Source: Octopus bimaculoides (taxonomy: Eukaryota). From it: DNA of 59,850 nt. The stretch is taken from assembly GCF_001194135.2 (NCBI RefSeq), contig NC_068986.1:51653906-51713755 (forward strand). The letters run 5' to 3'. Each line of letters starts with the position of its first letter. Within the stretch, counting starts at the first letter, position 1. Made by a program: the position numbers and the translations under genes. Below, one piece after another: positions 25,275 through 38,412 of this stretch. The notes beneath the pieces are model-generated. The model saw only the letters and a program-made list of their open reading frames with translations, made no database searches and had not been told where the DNA came from.

Positions 25275-26339
25275 TTAAATGGAGATAATTAAGGTAGAAT
25301 TTAAAAATTCAGATTGTGAATTATCTTAAGTGTCATAAAGTTGAATTTATCAGTTACATTTACAACCGGAATTTCATCACCACGTATTCATTTACTTTAC
25401 TTCGTTTTTAAAACCCTCTGAAAAGCATAAATACAATGACTTCTTTCTGTAATCTTGAAAAATATTAAGTCTTTGACTTTCTAAGAAACCAATGTTCTAA
25501 GTAACACAATCATTGTTGTAATTATAACCATTACCAAATAAGAATTTCTTAACTTTGAGGGCTAGAACAGAATAAATGAAAAACGAATCCTAAGGCTGCT
25601 AATAAAACTAATAAGAGAACTTCAGAAAAAATAAAATATTATTTTAAATTACACTTAAATTAAGTTCAACAGTTTTTTTTTTTAATACTATTGGCATTGC
25701 TAAATGGAATGTGACACAGAATATGGTTGGAAAACAGCCAGAAATACTTATGTGATATAGTGATATTATCAAAATTCTAGTGGAGGATCATGAAGAGACA
25801 GAAATAATACTCCTGTAAGAGAAAATGTAAGTGAAACCAAAACTAGCAAGAAAAAGAAGAAGAAACACGTTAAGCAGCAACAGAAAGAAACATATTTAGA
25901 AGAGAGTCTCTGAGCAATGTTGCATATAGTTAATAAGGTTGTGCCAGATTATGTTTCTATTCTAAAACTAACTTATTAAATAACTGTTTCATAGTTATCA
26001 CAAGCATATCTTTTGGAAAACTTACAAGATATTTTGGCACAAGCTTATTTTGATAAGCAAGCTTCATTGCTTTCATATAAACAGATAGTTAGAAATAAAA
26101 TCTGCTAACCTCGAAAAGAAGCATTTTTGATATTTCTACTTTGTACAGAGCCTGAAACCTTAACATATATATTTTTTTGAAAGATTTCCAATTTGAGAAA
26201 TGAAAAGCAAAATCTATGTACTGCTTTATACTCAGCATAAAATTTAGTAACTCAGCAAAATACAATTGAATTTCTTACTCTTATTCACACACACACACAC
26301 ACACAAAATGACCTATTTTACATCATTTTATATAGTACC

Positions 26340-27120
26340 AACTTTTTTACATCCATTTCCCCATGCCTGTAAGGGTACAATGGGTCTTGTCAAGCGCAGT
26401 GCCACATCATTTATTGCAGTCCTTTATTGTTGACATTCAACCTCTTAAGATCGGCTTTCATTAATTCTTCCCTTGTCTTTAACACAGGTTCCTTCCATTT
26501 GGACCATTTAGCACTTCTTTGTGCAACTGTCATCTGCCATATGCATCACACATCTTTACTAGTACAGTCTCTTATACTTGTTACCTGATTCTTCTCATAC
26601 ACACTCACTAGAGCACCTTTTTTGTCCATGTACCAGCTGATGATGATTACAGCTACACAAGTGATTAAGTATGACACCTCCCTGTACTACCCAATTGACT
26701 ATGCATGCGACTAGTAGCAGTATCCTACTTCAATGCATATTTTCAGTATCACACCAACTATCTCTGAAATTTCAGCTGCTTTCCCTGACTTCATGTCTTT
26801 AATTGCGCTTTCAACTTAGAAACCATTAACTTCAATAGCTGATTTTTTTCTTGGGTCTACTTCAAGAAAAAAACTCATTACCCTCTGCATTCTCCTCATT
26901 CAGCAACTTCTCATAATGGTATTTCAATGCCTCTTTCTTCTCATTATCAGTGAGAGTGAGTGCATTGCTATCGTTATGTACACACTTCTTGCCAATGGTG
27001 CTTTGAATCAGATTGACACTGTATTGCAATCCAGATCACCTCACGCCTCTGTCTCATTGTCTAGAATTTCTTACTTTCAGTTTCTATCCGTACTGTGTCT
27101 GATGTTTTTTTTCTGGTGCT
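26340..27120 (-). mobile_element. RTE-clade LINE, internally deleted and decayed, with 3' tail
   Basis: EALKYHYEKLLNEEN (26888-26933) and VESAIKDMKSGKAA (26775-26815); tail resembles the family A tail. Confidence 0.8.
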
Positions 27121-27766
27121 GTGTATGCAAGATAACATAGACTATATCAACCAATCCAACCCATGCCAGTATGGATAAATAAATATCAAATTATGATGAT
27201 GAACTTCAATAACTTCTGAAGTGTTTCCAGCTACAAAAAAAAAATAACATTTATTCATATTTACTCAAATAAGTTGAATTCTCTTTCTCCCATTTACAAA
27301 CCTAAATGTGTGTGTGTTGTACACACGAAACTGTAGCTATAATATAGACTACCAAGAAAAACTGATTGGGAATTGTAAAGCTTCATATATTTCCAAACTT
27401 TAAAGTTATCATCTATATCCTGTGCTGAGCTACATATACATAAGTGTGTTGAGTGTGTTAGTTATGATAACTATACTGCTAACAGAAATTTCGTTTGTAT
27501 ATTGGTATTTGGTGGGAAAAAAAAAAGAACTTAGCATATAAAAATGTACTTTTGAATCTAAAACCTAATTGAATTAGAAATTTTATTTCTAGTAAATATG
27601 TCTTTGATTTTACATTTCAATTGACAAGAAAATCAAGCATAAAATGATAACAATACAATGGCAATTTAACTAAGAAATATATTTTATGTAAAATATTGTT
27701 TTATGATTTCAAATAAATAAGAACCTCGCTATTTTACATATATGTGTGTTTATGTGTGTATATGTG

Positions 27767-27818
<52 letters not shown>

Positions 27819-28704
27819 GTATATATAAATATATTGTGTATGCATATAATAATTTCTGTCAGTATGAGAAGGAAACAATAATCTAAAATTAAAGAAAGTA
27901 TTTCTCATTCCAATGGAATAAAGGAAACTATATTGGAAACATTAAGAAAAGAAAAGAGAAGGTGCTTCATAAGATGTACACAAAGTACATTATTGATTTA
28001 AAACTGCTTTATGGTTTTGAGATGAAACATTAACAAATGAAACTCAAGAACTCCCAAACCTTGCAGATGATTATTTGTAAATGCAAAACAGGAAACATCT
28101 GTCCTAGGATGTTAATGAAAATGTGTCTTTTGCAGCAGCAAAATAATGCAATCAAGCAGCGATGAAATATTGAAGATAACAGATGGACAAAAGTAATAAC
28201 TCGATCAAATTTTATAACAAAGAATAATGCATGTTAAATGCATAGAAGAGAGAAAAACAAAATGTCATGATTAGTTCTAGCATAATATTTCTTTCTACAC
28301 AAATTTAGACAAGAGAAATAGCTTTGCCCACTTGAAGATATGAATTTAGTTATAATTATTTATTTATTGAAAAATAGAAAGCAAGAAATAAACATGTACA
28401 ATAGTCACAAAGAACCATTTAATGACTAGCTACAGCTTACGATTGACTTTTAGACAATAGTCCCTTCAGAAGGAATTATACAAAATAAAATAACAATATA
28501 AAATTAAACTTTCCTGTCAGCTGCTGCAATTATTTTAAACTTCATATTATTTTGTAAAATTGTGTGAAATTTCATAAACGACATTATTAACTTGGATTTT
28601 GCCAAGAAATTTAAACACTAAAATATTACTTTCAATAATCTAATAACAGTTTCTCATCAATTCAGAAAGACCAATTGTCATTTTTCTCATATTAAAATAC
28701 ATAC

Positions 28705-28715
28705 TTTGTGAACAA
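28705..28715 (-). other. Candidate 11-nt microexon
   Basis: TTTATTTTACTTTCTGTTTCTCTAG|TTGTTCACAAA|GTATGT. Confidence 0.3.
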
Positions 28716-28899
28716 CTAGAGAAACAGAAAGTAAAATAAATCATATTTCTATATATTTCATAGATTATTTTATTTCATTTTCACTCTGTACTATACAGCT
28801 TTTACATTGGTTCATTTCTGAACAATTCCAGAAGCAAATAAGTTTTTCCAAGAGAAAAGCTCTCTAGCTTCTTGCTTATCTCTCCATAAACCAATTGTG

Positions 28900-29130
28900 A
28901 GAGAAGTACTGGGAGGTGGGGTTGGGTCAATTCCCAGTATTTTATTGGTAATTCATTTATTGACTGGTACTTATTTTATCGACCTGGGTAGATTTAATTT
29001 GTCTTTCATAGTGGACTCAACCCGGTCTACTTGAGAAGGCAATTAAACTAGAGGGATTTGAATTCAGAAGGTAAAGAAAAATGTATGTGAGTAAATACTT
29101 CAGAGTATTATATTCAGTGTTCTTGTGATT
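28900..29130 (-). mobile_element. Family C SINE, old and interrupted
   Basis: TTGACTGGTACTTATTTTATCGACC..GGATTTGAATTCAGAA. Confidence 0.6.
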
Positions 29131-29218
29131 CAGCCATCCACCTGCCATAAACTGAACTTTAGAATTGAATCAAAAACTCTAGGTTGCCAAAACATTCCCA
29201 ACTGTCTCAGATCAAAAC

Positions 29219-29220
<2 letters not shown>

Positions 29221-29260
<40 letters not shown>

Positions 29261-29271
29261 CAGCAGCAGCA
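29221..29271 (+). repeat. (AGT)n(AGC)n microsatellite
   Basis: Direct inspection. Confidence 0.95.
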
Positions 29272-29339
29272 GTGATAGAGGGTGGTGGTGGTGTGCTATG
29301 TTAATTATGATAATGTCCTAAGTAGTAAGAAAGAAGAAA

Positions 29340-29690
29340 ATTAGACAGAAAGAGAGAGAGTGATAGGTGAAAAGGAAAATGAATGAGAGGCATGAAAGAT
29401 AGATAGATAGATAGAGAGAGAGAGAAAGAGAGAGAGGCGAAAGGAAAGATTTAAGGAAAAGAGAGAACAGAAAGGAGATATTAAGACAGAGAGACAAAGA
29501 GAGGTGGGGATTAAAATGAAAATGTGAGACAAAGGGAAAGGTAACAGAAAAATATTGTGAGAGAGAAAATCATGAAAGAAAAGACAAAAGAGAAAGAAAG
29601 GGGAGAAAAGGAATGTCAAATGAGAGAGGGGGAGAGAAAGGAAGGATGAAAGATAAAAGAGAAAGAAAAGAGAGAGTGAGAGAGGAAGCA
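29340..29690 (+). repeat. GA-rich polypurine tract
   Basis: Direct inspection. Confidence 0.9.
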
Positions 29691-29888
29691 AAAATCAGTG
29701 CAAAGCTTCTAAATTATATGCAGGTAGTGGAAAAACCTATTTCTCTCCAAGCAATATACATCAAAGGAGGATTTGGATTTATAAAACTTAGCAAGATTGC
29801 GACAAATCTGTATAAACTAGTAAACAGGCTGAGGACGAACGATCTCCCTAAAAAAATAATAATAAAGCACTACATCTGCATAGCTTAA

Positions 29889-30053
29889 CCCTTTAGCATT
29901 TAAGCTGCCTCTCATACTGACCCTAAAATGTCATTCTCAAAAATGAATAATCACATCATTGATATTTTAAAGCTATGAGATAATGCATGATTAATTCAAA
30001 ACAATGTGAATAAATAAGCATTACGTTGACAGAGCAATCTGAATGCTAAAGGG
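29889..30053. mobile_element. piggyBac-type MITE, 165 bp
   Basis: TTAA|CCCTTTAGCATT..AATGCTAAAGGG|TTAA: perfect 12-bp TIR and TTAA TSD. Confidence 0.9.
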
Positions 30054-30377
30054 TTAAACTGACTGCAAGTTCACATTGTTAGTTCAATGTCCTTCCTGAA
30101 TGCGTCCCTTTAGCATTCGACATGATGTCAACTTGAAGCATATGGTTCTAACACATTTAATCATAGAAGAGATTTATTGAAAGATTTGGTTGCTGAGTTA
30201 CAACTGCATTACAAATTACATATTTAACAGAAGGAAAAAAAAAAAAAAAGAGAATTATTAACATTTTTTGTCAGATAATTTTGTTGATATTCATTTAGCC
30301 AGCACAGAAGAAAAAAAAACATACTGGAATACCATCTTCAACTACCAAAGAAAAGAAATGAGGAAAAACAGTATCTT

Positions 30378-30538
30378 CTTGTACTTGTTTCAGTCACTGG
30401 ACTGCAACCATGTTGGGGCACTGGCCTGAAGGGCTTAGTCAGATAGACTGACCCCTGTGCTTTTTTTATTTTATTTAACTTTGGTACTTATACTATTAGA
30501 TTATTTTGCTGAACTGCTAAACTATGGGAATGTAAACA
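30378..30538 (-). mobile_element. Family B SINE tail (remainder in gap)
   Basis: TACTTGTTTCAGTCACTGGACTGCAACCATGTTGGGGCAC. Confidence 0.8.
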
Positions 30539-31255
30539 NNNNNNNNNNNNNNNNNNNNNNNNNNNNNNNNNNNNNNNNNNNNNNNNNNNNNNNNNNNNNN
30601 NNNNNNNNNNNNNNNNNNNNNNNNNNNNNNNNNNNNNNNNNNNNNNNNNNNNNNNNNNNNNNNNNNNNNNNNNNNNNNNNNNNNNNNNNNNNNNNNNNNN
30701 NNNNNNNNNNNNNNNNNNNNNNNNNNNNNNNNNNNNNNNNNNNNNNNNNNNNNNNNNNNNNNNNNNNNNNNNNNNNNNNNNNNNNNNNNNNNNNNNNNNN
30801 NNNNNNNNNNNNNNNNNNNNNNNNNNNNNNNNNNNNNNNNNNNNNNNNNNNNNNNNNNNNNNNNNNNNNNNNNNNNNNNNNNNNNNNNNNNNNNNNNNNN
30901 NNNNNNNNNNNNNNNNNNNNNNNNNNNNNNNNNNNNNNNNNNNNNNNNNNNNNNNNNNNNNNNNNNNNNNNNNNNNNNNNNNNNNNNNNNNNNNNNNNNN
31001 NNNNNNNNNNNNNNNNNNNNNNNNNNNNNNNNNNNNNNNNNNNNNNNNNNNNNNNNNNNNNNNNNNNNNNNNNNNNNNNNNNNNNNNNNNNNNNNNNNNN
31101 NNNNNNNNNNNNNNNNNNNNNNNNNNNNNNNNNNNNNNNNNNNNNNNNNNNNNNNNNNNNNNNNNNNNNNNNNNNNNNNNNNNNNNNNNNNNNNNNNNNN
31201 NNNNNNNNNNNNNNNNNNNNNNNNNNNNNNNNNNNNNNNNNNNNNNNNNNNNNNN
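30539..31255. other. Assembly gap (N)
   Basis: N run. Confidence 1.
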
Positions 31256-31539
31256 TATCTACATGGATTACCATTGAACTTTAAAAGCTCAAAGGCAATA
31301 TAATGTATTGGTATATTTATTTTTTTATATATTATTTTTTTATATATTATTTTTTACTTTTTTGTAAAAACATTTTCATTCTCCCTCTTTTTGAAAATTT
31401 GCCATGCAATGAAAGCCGGTTAGAAATCCTTTTTACACATCAATATTAAAATATGCTTTCAGTTTAGCATTCTGCCTTCTTATTATTTTTCATTTTCCTA
31501 TTATTTCTCCACATGCGGTTAACACAACCTCACTATTTA

Positions 31540-31765
31540 CTGACTTATATATATATGTATATATATACATGCATACAGAGAGAGAGAGACACTCACACAC
31601 AATGATCTTCCACACAGTTTCTGTCTTACCAAATCCACTTGCAAAGCATTGGTCAACTTAAGGCAACAGCAGAAGACACTTGCCCAAGGCACTGTCCTGT
31701 AGGGCTGAACCTGAAAACATGTGTTTACAAAGTGAGTTTCTTAAACACACAACCATGCCTGTGCC
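31540..31765 (-). mobile_element. Family B SINE head with microsatellite
   Basis: CAGTTTCTGTCTTACCAAATCCAC..GAAGACACTTGCCCAAGG..ACCATGCCTG. Confidence 0.75.
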
Positions 31766-32452
31766 TATTGTTCAATGCTGCCAATGTATTCGTTTTGCTG
31801 GCAGAAATGGTTTCGCATGCATATTCTTCATATGACACATATTTGCTCATAGCGCTACCTGCTTGTTCATACAACAGCCTCAACACAAAAACAAACAAAA
31901 ATTGATAAATAAATATATCCCTGAAGCAATAAAACAAGCTAATGACACTGCTCATGCAACTGCAACCCCCAATTGCATGGCAAGATTGCAAACTTAATCA
32001 GTATACAAAAATTTAAGACATTTGTTTTAACAACAACAACAACAAAAATGATATCTAATTTGAAAAATAATGATATTATTATTTTTATTTTTAATTAATA
32101 ACCATTCTTATTTATTTATATATTCATTTATTTATTTTTGTTTAATATGAAGCATTTCTTGACAGATTCCCTGGCAGCAGTTAATTCATATGTTGTTTAC
32201 TCCCTTCAAGATTTAGTGAATAATTTTATCAGCAAAATAATCTATATAAATTTCATAAGCTGATATACTTCTCTCCACATCAACACTATATAATATTTAA
32301 CTGAAGACAGCCATTTTTCAGATTACATTATTATCCACAATTTCTACTTAAAAGCTATTACAAAACAACCATCCAACCACTGCCATCATACATAGACAAG
32401 ACAAGAACAGCATTATATAAAATTTATATAATGGTGTTTATATAATGAAGAA

Positions 32453-32785
32453 CAGTGGTTCCCAAACAGGGGCCATATAAGATTTGGTGAGGGGTGGGGG
32501 TCCACATAACAAAATAGCAAATTGGGGATCCACAATAGTATTTTAAGGGCCCCTGAAAAAAGTTTGCTTTACACGCACGTATTGGCATGTATTGCAAGAA
32601 AGCAAAGTTTCTTTATCTAACATTTTACATGGTTCAACCTACACAAGTTAATGCATGAAAAACAAAATAAGCATTTCGAAAGAAGTTTCTATAAAACTAG
32701 TTTTTAAATATTGAATGGCTATGAGCCACCTGAATAAAATGGTAATTAAAGGGGTCAACAGGTAAAAAATGGTTGAGAACTCCTG
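32453..32785. mobile_element. hAT (Charlie-like) MITE
   Basis: Imperfect TIR CAGTGGTTCCCAAAC / GGTTGAGAACTCCTG; the same right end recurs at 57511-57545; no clear 8-bp TSD. Confidence 0.7.
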
Positions 32786-32958
32786 ATATAAATCATCTTG
32801 AAAATCTAATCAATCAAAGAATAAATATAAATTATTAGTGCTAGTTTAACATGCAGTCTACCACAACCTCCATAGTGTTTGCTGTGAAATAACCTGATAT
32901 ATCTACTGAGACTTCAGCAGGTTTTATGACCTTTCATGGTATGAATTAATTACCTGTG

Positions 32959-32991
<33 letters not shown>

Positions 32992-33164
32992 GATACCTTT
33001 GATTTAAGTGCTCATGACTGGTCTATATAAAAGAGCAATCAACCAACACCAATACTGAAGTGTAAAAATGGAGGTAGACCACACACTAAATTATAAATGG
33101 CCAGTTATACTGCACACTAATATGGCACCTAATTATCAATAATTATAGCTTTCAATTTAGACAC

Positions 33165-33550
33165 AAAAGCAGCAATTTTAGAGGGAATGTGTTAATTAAA
33201 TGAACTACAAAACTAGGCTGGTACTTTACCTTATCAACCTCTGAGGAATGAAAGGTGAAGTTGACCATGTCAGGATTTGAACTCAAAATATAAAGAGCCA
33301 GAACAAATACTACAAGGTATTTTACCTGATGCTTTAACAATTCAGCCAACTTTCCAACCTCAAATTTTGGTACAATGCCAGCAATTTAGGAGAGGGGGTA
33401 TGTTGATCATTTCACCCCAGTGTCCAACTGGCACTTATTATATCAATCCCAGAAGGATGAAAGACAAAGCTGACCTCAGCAGAATTTGAACTCGAAACAT
33501 GAAGACTTTGCCCAGTATGCTAACAATTTTGCCAGCTCACTGCCTTCAAC

Positions 33551-33601
<51 letters not shown>

Positions 33602-33815
33602 GTTTCATGTTTTGGCAAGAAGACCAGAAATTTTAGGGTGACAGGTTTAGTCAATTACATCAACCCCAGTACTTGACTGGTACTTATTTCATCAACCCTG
33701 AAAGATGAAAAGCAAAGTCAACTTTGGCAGAATTTGAACTTAAAACATAAAGAGCTAGAAGAAATGCCACGAAGAATTTTGTCTGACATGCTGACATTTC
33801 TAGCATTTCACTGCT
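33165..33815 (-). mobile_element. Three head-to-tail family C SINEs, with (TAA)n at 33551-33600
   Basis: The ..ATGAAAG.(T/C)AAAG(T/C)TGAC..ATTTGAACT core occurs three times (33249, 33457, 33705). Confidence 0.85.
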
Positions 33816-33858
33816 CCCCACCAACCTAATAATAGTAAGTAGATAAACATACTCTTGT

Positions 33859-33978
33859 GTGTTGTAAGAGGGGACTAAGGGGTTTAGCAACAGGAAAGGC
33901 ACCCAACTGCAAAACACTGTCTTAGAAAACTCATCCAACTCATGGTGAATGTAAACTGATGATGATGAAGATGATGAT
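33859..33978 (+). mobile_element. Family A/A2 tail, degraded
   Basis: AGCAACAGGAAAGGCACCCAACTG..(GAT)n. Confidence 0.6.
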
Positions 33979-35169
33979 GACAACAATGACAAAAAATATA
34001 CAAATACATACATAACTCAATAAAAAAAAATTAGCCTTGATATAAGTGTTTTTAAAAGGCCTACTTCAAACTTTATTCTTAAAGATTTCTTGTGAAGAAT
34101 GTAAAGACAAAGCTGGTTGCTCACTAAAAATGGATAATTGAGAAGTGGAATAGAGATTCATAGAAAAGCAAAGCAAAAAGAAAATTATGGTTAGCTTCCC
34201 TAAAGGAAAATAAGAACAGGAAAAATAGTTTCACAGTTATTTTGGGGCTCTTTTCTTTTCTTACTTAACACGAAAAGACATAAGTGGTAAAATTAATATT
34301 CTATTTATGTTTTAAAATAACATATATTTCAGAATTACTTTAAATCTCCAGTTTTCAACTTAAGACAAAAGAAAAGAATGAAACAGTTATCATTTTGTAA
34401 GTTCTTATGATAGAAACAATATGAACATAATAGCTTTTAAATTCCTTCAAAACATCTTCCTTAAATACTATGTTGACATATGTGTGTGTATATATACACA
34501 CACACATACATGCATGTCTGTGTGGCTTTTGCAGTTTCACAAAGCAAAAATACATCAAAGACCTTCATGCAAAACATTTTTCATTTTGCAGATTTCTTTA
34601 ACTGGATTCTAAGTTTTAAATTTATTCATCAATATAAACAAATGAATAAATTCTCAAAGAAATTAAAATGTATTTTCTGTCTTGCTAATTCTTACTAATG
34701 GCTAAATAGACAAGAAATCATTCTACACTTAAATAAAAAACATACTGACCACTTAAAGTAGTGAAATGTTGCTTCATCCATTCTTATGCATTTAGCATAG
34801 TCTTTTCATGTCTAGTGAAACCTTCTATGAAATTAAATAGAATGAGAAACTCTACACAATCACTTGATCTGCAAGAAAGAGCAACTAAATCACCCTCAAA
34901 TCACATATGATCTTTAAAAAGTGGATAGACGCATTAGCTGATGTAATGCTAGATGCTCCTACAAAAATGGAATGGTCACAGCGTTTGATGGTAGGACACA
35001 GTACCAGTTAAGTACTGGGGTCAATTTTATGAACCAAACTGATGTTTCCTAAGCTTTAAACAAGTTTTCACTGTGCTGTGCTTAAAAGGAAGTAAATAAG
35101 AATGTAAATCCCAATGCCTACATTGTTCCAGTGAAAAGCAGCAACTCTGGGTATCATTAGCCTTGAAAA

Positions 35170-35388
35170 GGCAGCGAGCTGGCAGAATCGTTAGCACACT
35201 GGATGAAATGCTTAGCGGTATTTTGGTCATTGCTATGTTCTGAGTTTTCAATTCTGCTGACGTCCACTTTGCCTTCCATCCTTTCAAGGTCGATAAATTA
35301 ACTACCAGTGAAATACTGGGGTTAATAAAATTGACTAGTCCCCACCCCACAAATTTCAGGCCTTGTGCCTATAATAGAAAAGATTATT
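35170..35388 (+). mobile_element. Family C SINE, full length, with TSD
   Basis: GGCAGCGAGCTGGCAGAATCGTTAGCAC head; flanks ATTAGCCTTGAAA / ATTAGCTTTGAAA. Confidence 0.9.
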
Positions 35389-35411
35389 AGCTTTGAAAGA
35401 CATGACAATCA

Positions 35412-35628
35412 AATAATCCTTTCTACTGTAGGCAAAAGGTCTGAAATTTGGGAGAGGAGGATAGTTGACTACATCAACCCCAGTGTTTCACTGGTACTTA
35501 ATTCATTGACACCAAAAGGATGAAAGGCAATGTCAACCTTGGTGGAATTTGAACTCAGAACATAGCGATGGGTGAAATACCACTAAGCATTTCGTTCAGC
35601 ATGCTAATGATTCAGCCAGTTTGCCACC
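35412..35628 (-). mobile_element. Family C SINE, full length, with TSD
   Basis: Inverted relative to the previous copy; CAATCAAATAAT at 35406-35417 and 35635-35646. Confidence 0.9.
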
Positions 35629-35729
35629 TTAATGCAATCAAATAATGCCATGCAAATTCTATAACTAATAGAATATGTAGCACATCCAAACATGGTAGCC
35701 AACTTCATAATCCTCATCCTCATAATTTA

Positions 35730-36092
35730 AAGACCACTTTTCCATGCTTGCATGAATTAGATAAGGCAGTCCTTCCTGTCACCAACCCTCACCTGTTTCC
35801 AAGTAAGGTAATATTTCCCTGTGGCCAGACATGTTTTTCATGGAAGACTGGAAATGAACGACATTGCTTGTATGATGGCGATTCTTGATTACAATCATCA
35901 TGTGATGCCAAGACAAGGGTAAACACACACACACACACACACACATGATGGGCTCCTTTCAGTTTCCATCTACCAAATCCACTCACAAGGTTTGGGGTCA
36001 GCCTAAGGCCACAAAAGAAGACACTTACCCAAGATGCTGTGCAGTGGGACCTAAGACCACATGGTTGGGAAGAAAGCTTCTGAACCACACAG
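35730..36092 (-). mobile_element. Composite SINE (B head + (TG)n + A2 body + RTE-like tail)
   Basis: Best-preserved copy of this architecture. Confidence 0.85.
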
Positions 36093-37629
36093 AAAGAAAA
36101 GATAGGCTCAATTGCAATTAACTTGGAGCTAAACAACTGATGGCAGTGCGTAAACATTTACTCTTGTGCATTTAAGATACGGTTCTTAACTAAGGTGGTA
36201 GTACCTACATGGAGGTATTTGTGAGATCATCAGGAGATGACTCAAAGGAGTTCTATAAGGATACAAAAAAAAAAAAAAAGCATTCAATCCACAGTACACA
36301 GACTTTAATCCTAATAAGATATTGAAAATAATGATTTACACTTGAAAGAATTATACATAAAGATCTTTAAAAATGCATTCTAGAACTGTGAATTCTTAAC
36401 AAAATTATAGACAGCAAAGTTTGTTATAAATGCCATGAAGTGAGTTTTTGAAAACTGTTAATTACTTCAACAAGATTTTTAACATTTGCATCTGACAGGT
36501 CCGAATCAATGCCACCAGCTGGCATAAACTTGAAACAGTTAAACAATCTAATAATCTTCTACTTTGTGGTTACAGTAATTTTTTTCTGCTTATCAGTTGT
36601 TAATCAATTTATACCAAACAGTATTTTCCTTTTACTTATTTGTATTTACAGTAAATTTTTAGATGATGAGTATTAGACTTTAAGCACAGAAACCATCAAG
36701 AGTTAAAAAATATTGTACATCAATGATCTGGTCATTTATGCAGTTTCGCTGTCAAGTCACCTGTCACCTAGTTTGTATAGGTATTGTTGGGGTGGAACAT
36801 TTGCTTAAACAAAAATGAAGTTTAAACATGAAACCAAGTGATAAAATCAGCAACACATGACAAGCTGTTACATACTTTTTCAAACCGATCAACACATGTT
36901 TGACCCACTGCAGTTTTGAAGGTCTTGTTCATATATTTCAAAACTACCACCCAGATTTGTAACTGTGTTTCGCTTTACCAGGGCCTGCATCTTCATACAG
37001 CTTCCATTACAGTACTTACAAAGGCTTTGAATCATGTACAAAGCTCACAAAACAACAACCTACATCTCCTGATAGCACTTAACAATTCAATCTATCTTTT
37101 GACCTAAGCTATTCAGTTCTTGTTTTTGTACTTAGCTTATAAAAGCCAAAAGAACACAGTTTCTTATGCAAAGAACAGCACAGATGCATCTCCTTTCAAT
37201 AGTTAGATCAACATAGACAAAATATTCAGCATTCAGAGATGCACACACACACACAGAAACATACACACCATCATCATTATTCATAAAAATTTCCTAATGA
37301 AGTAAAATGAAGAAAAAACTTCAACATTAATCAGATGACTAATTCTGAAAGCAGGCAACTTAGATAAAGAAAACAATTCTGATTTACAACTTTTAAATAG
37401 TTCTTATCTTCACACACACAATTAAGGAATACAAAAAATACAAAAACTTTTAGAAGTAAATTCAGCAACACAAAATCATTACTTTGTCAATATTAACCAA
37501 TTTCAAACAAAACAAATTTAATTCAATAGAAGTGGCTCAAGTTTCTATTGTTTAAGTTCAAAATTTGTGAATGCAATTTAGTCAAAACATTACCAAAATT
37601 AATGCAAAATAATAAATGTCTCTGATCTA

Positions 37630-37830
37630 GACACAAGGACAGTGCTGAAAGGAGGGATAGTCAATTAGAATGATACCACTACCGCCAGTATTTAACTGAT
37701 ACTGTATTTTACTGAGTTTAAAAGATTGAAAAGCAAAGTAGCCATGGTGTAATTTGAACTCAGGATGTAAAGGGCCACAACTAAATACCAGAATATATTT
37801 GTTCAATGCTCTAATAATTCAGCCAATCTT
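37630..37830 (-). mobile_element. Family C SINE, degraded
   Basis: GAAAAGCAAAGTAGCC..AATTTGAACTCAGG. Confidence 0.7.
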
Positions 37831-37914
37831 TGCAGTGTTTAAAGGAATTCAGTGTTATAAACATAGAATTTAGAAGACTACAAGATTCTTTGAAGTTTAT
37901 AAAGAAAAAATCAT

Positions 37915-38412
<498 letters not shown>

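Noticed and set aside
25812-25915. Lys-rich NLS-like reading (TSKKKKKKHVKQQQKE)
   Set aside because: Expected from A-rich DNA; bounded by stops, with no good splice sites.
30457-31284. Long ORFs of 250-275 aa (also 41287-41837, 53857-54403, 55141-55572)
   Set aside because: Artefacts of N gaps translated as X.
36875-36906. 32-nt minus exon candidate (GQTCVDRFEK)
   Set aside because: Good donor, but the acceptor lacks a pyrimidine tract.
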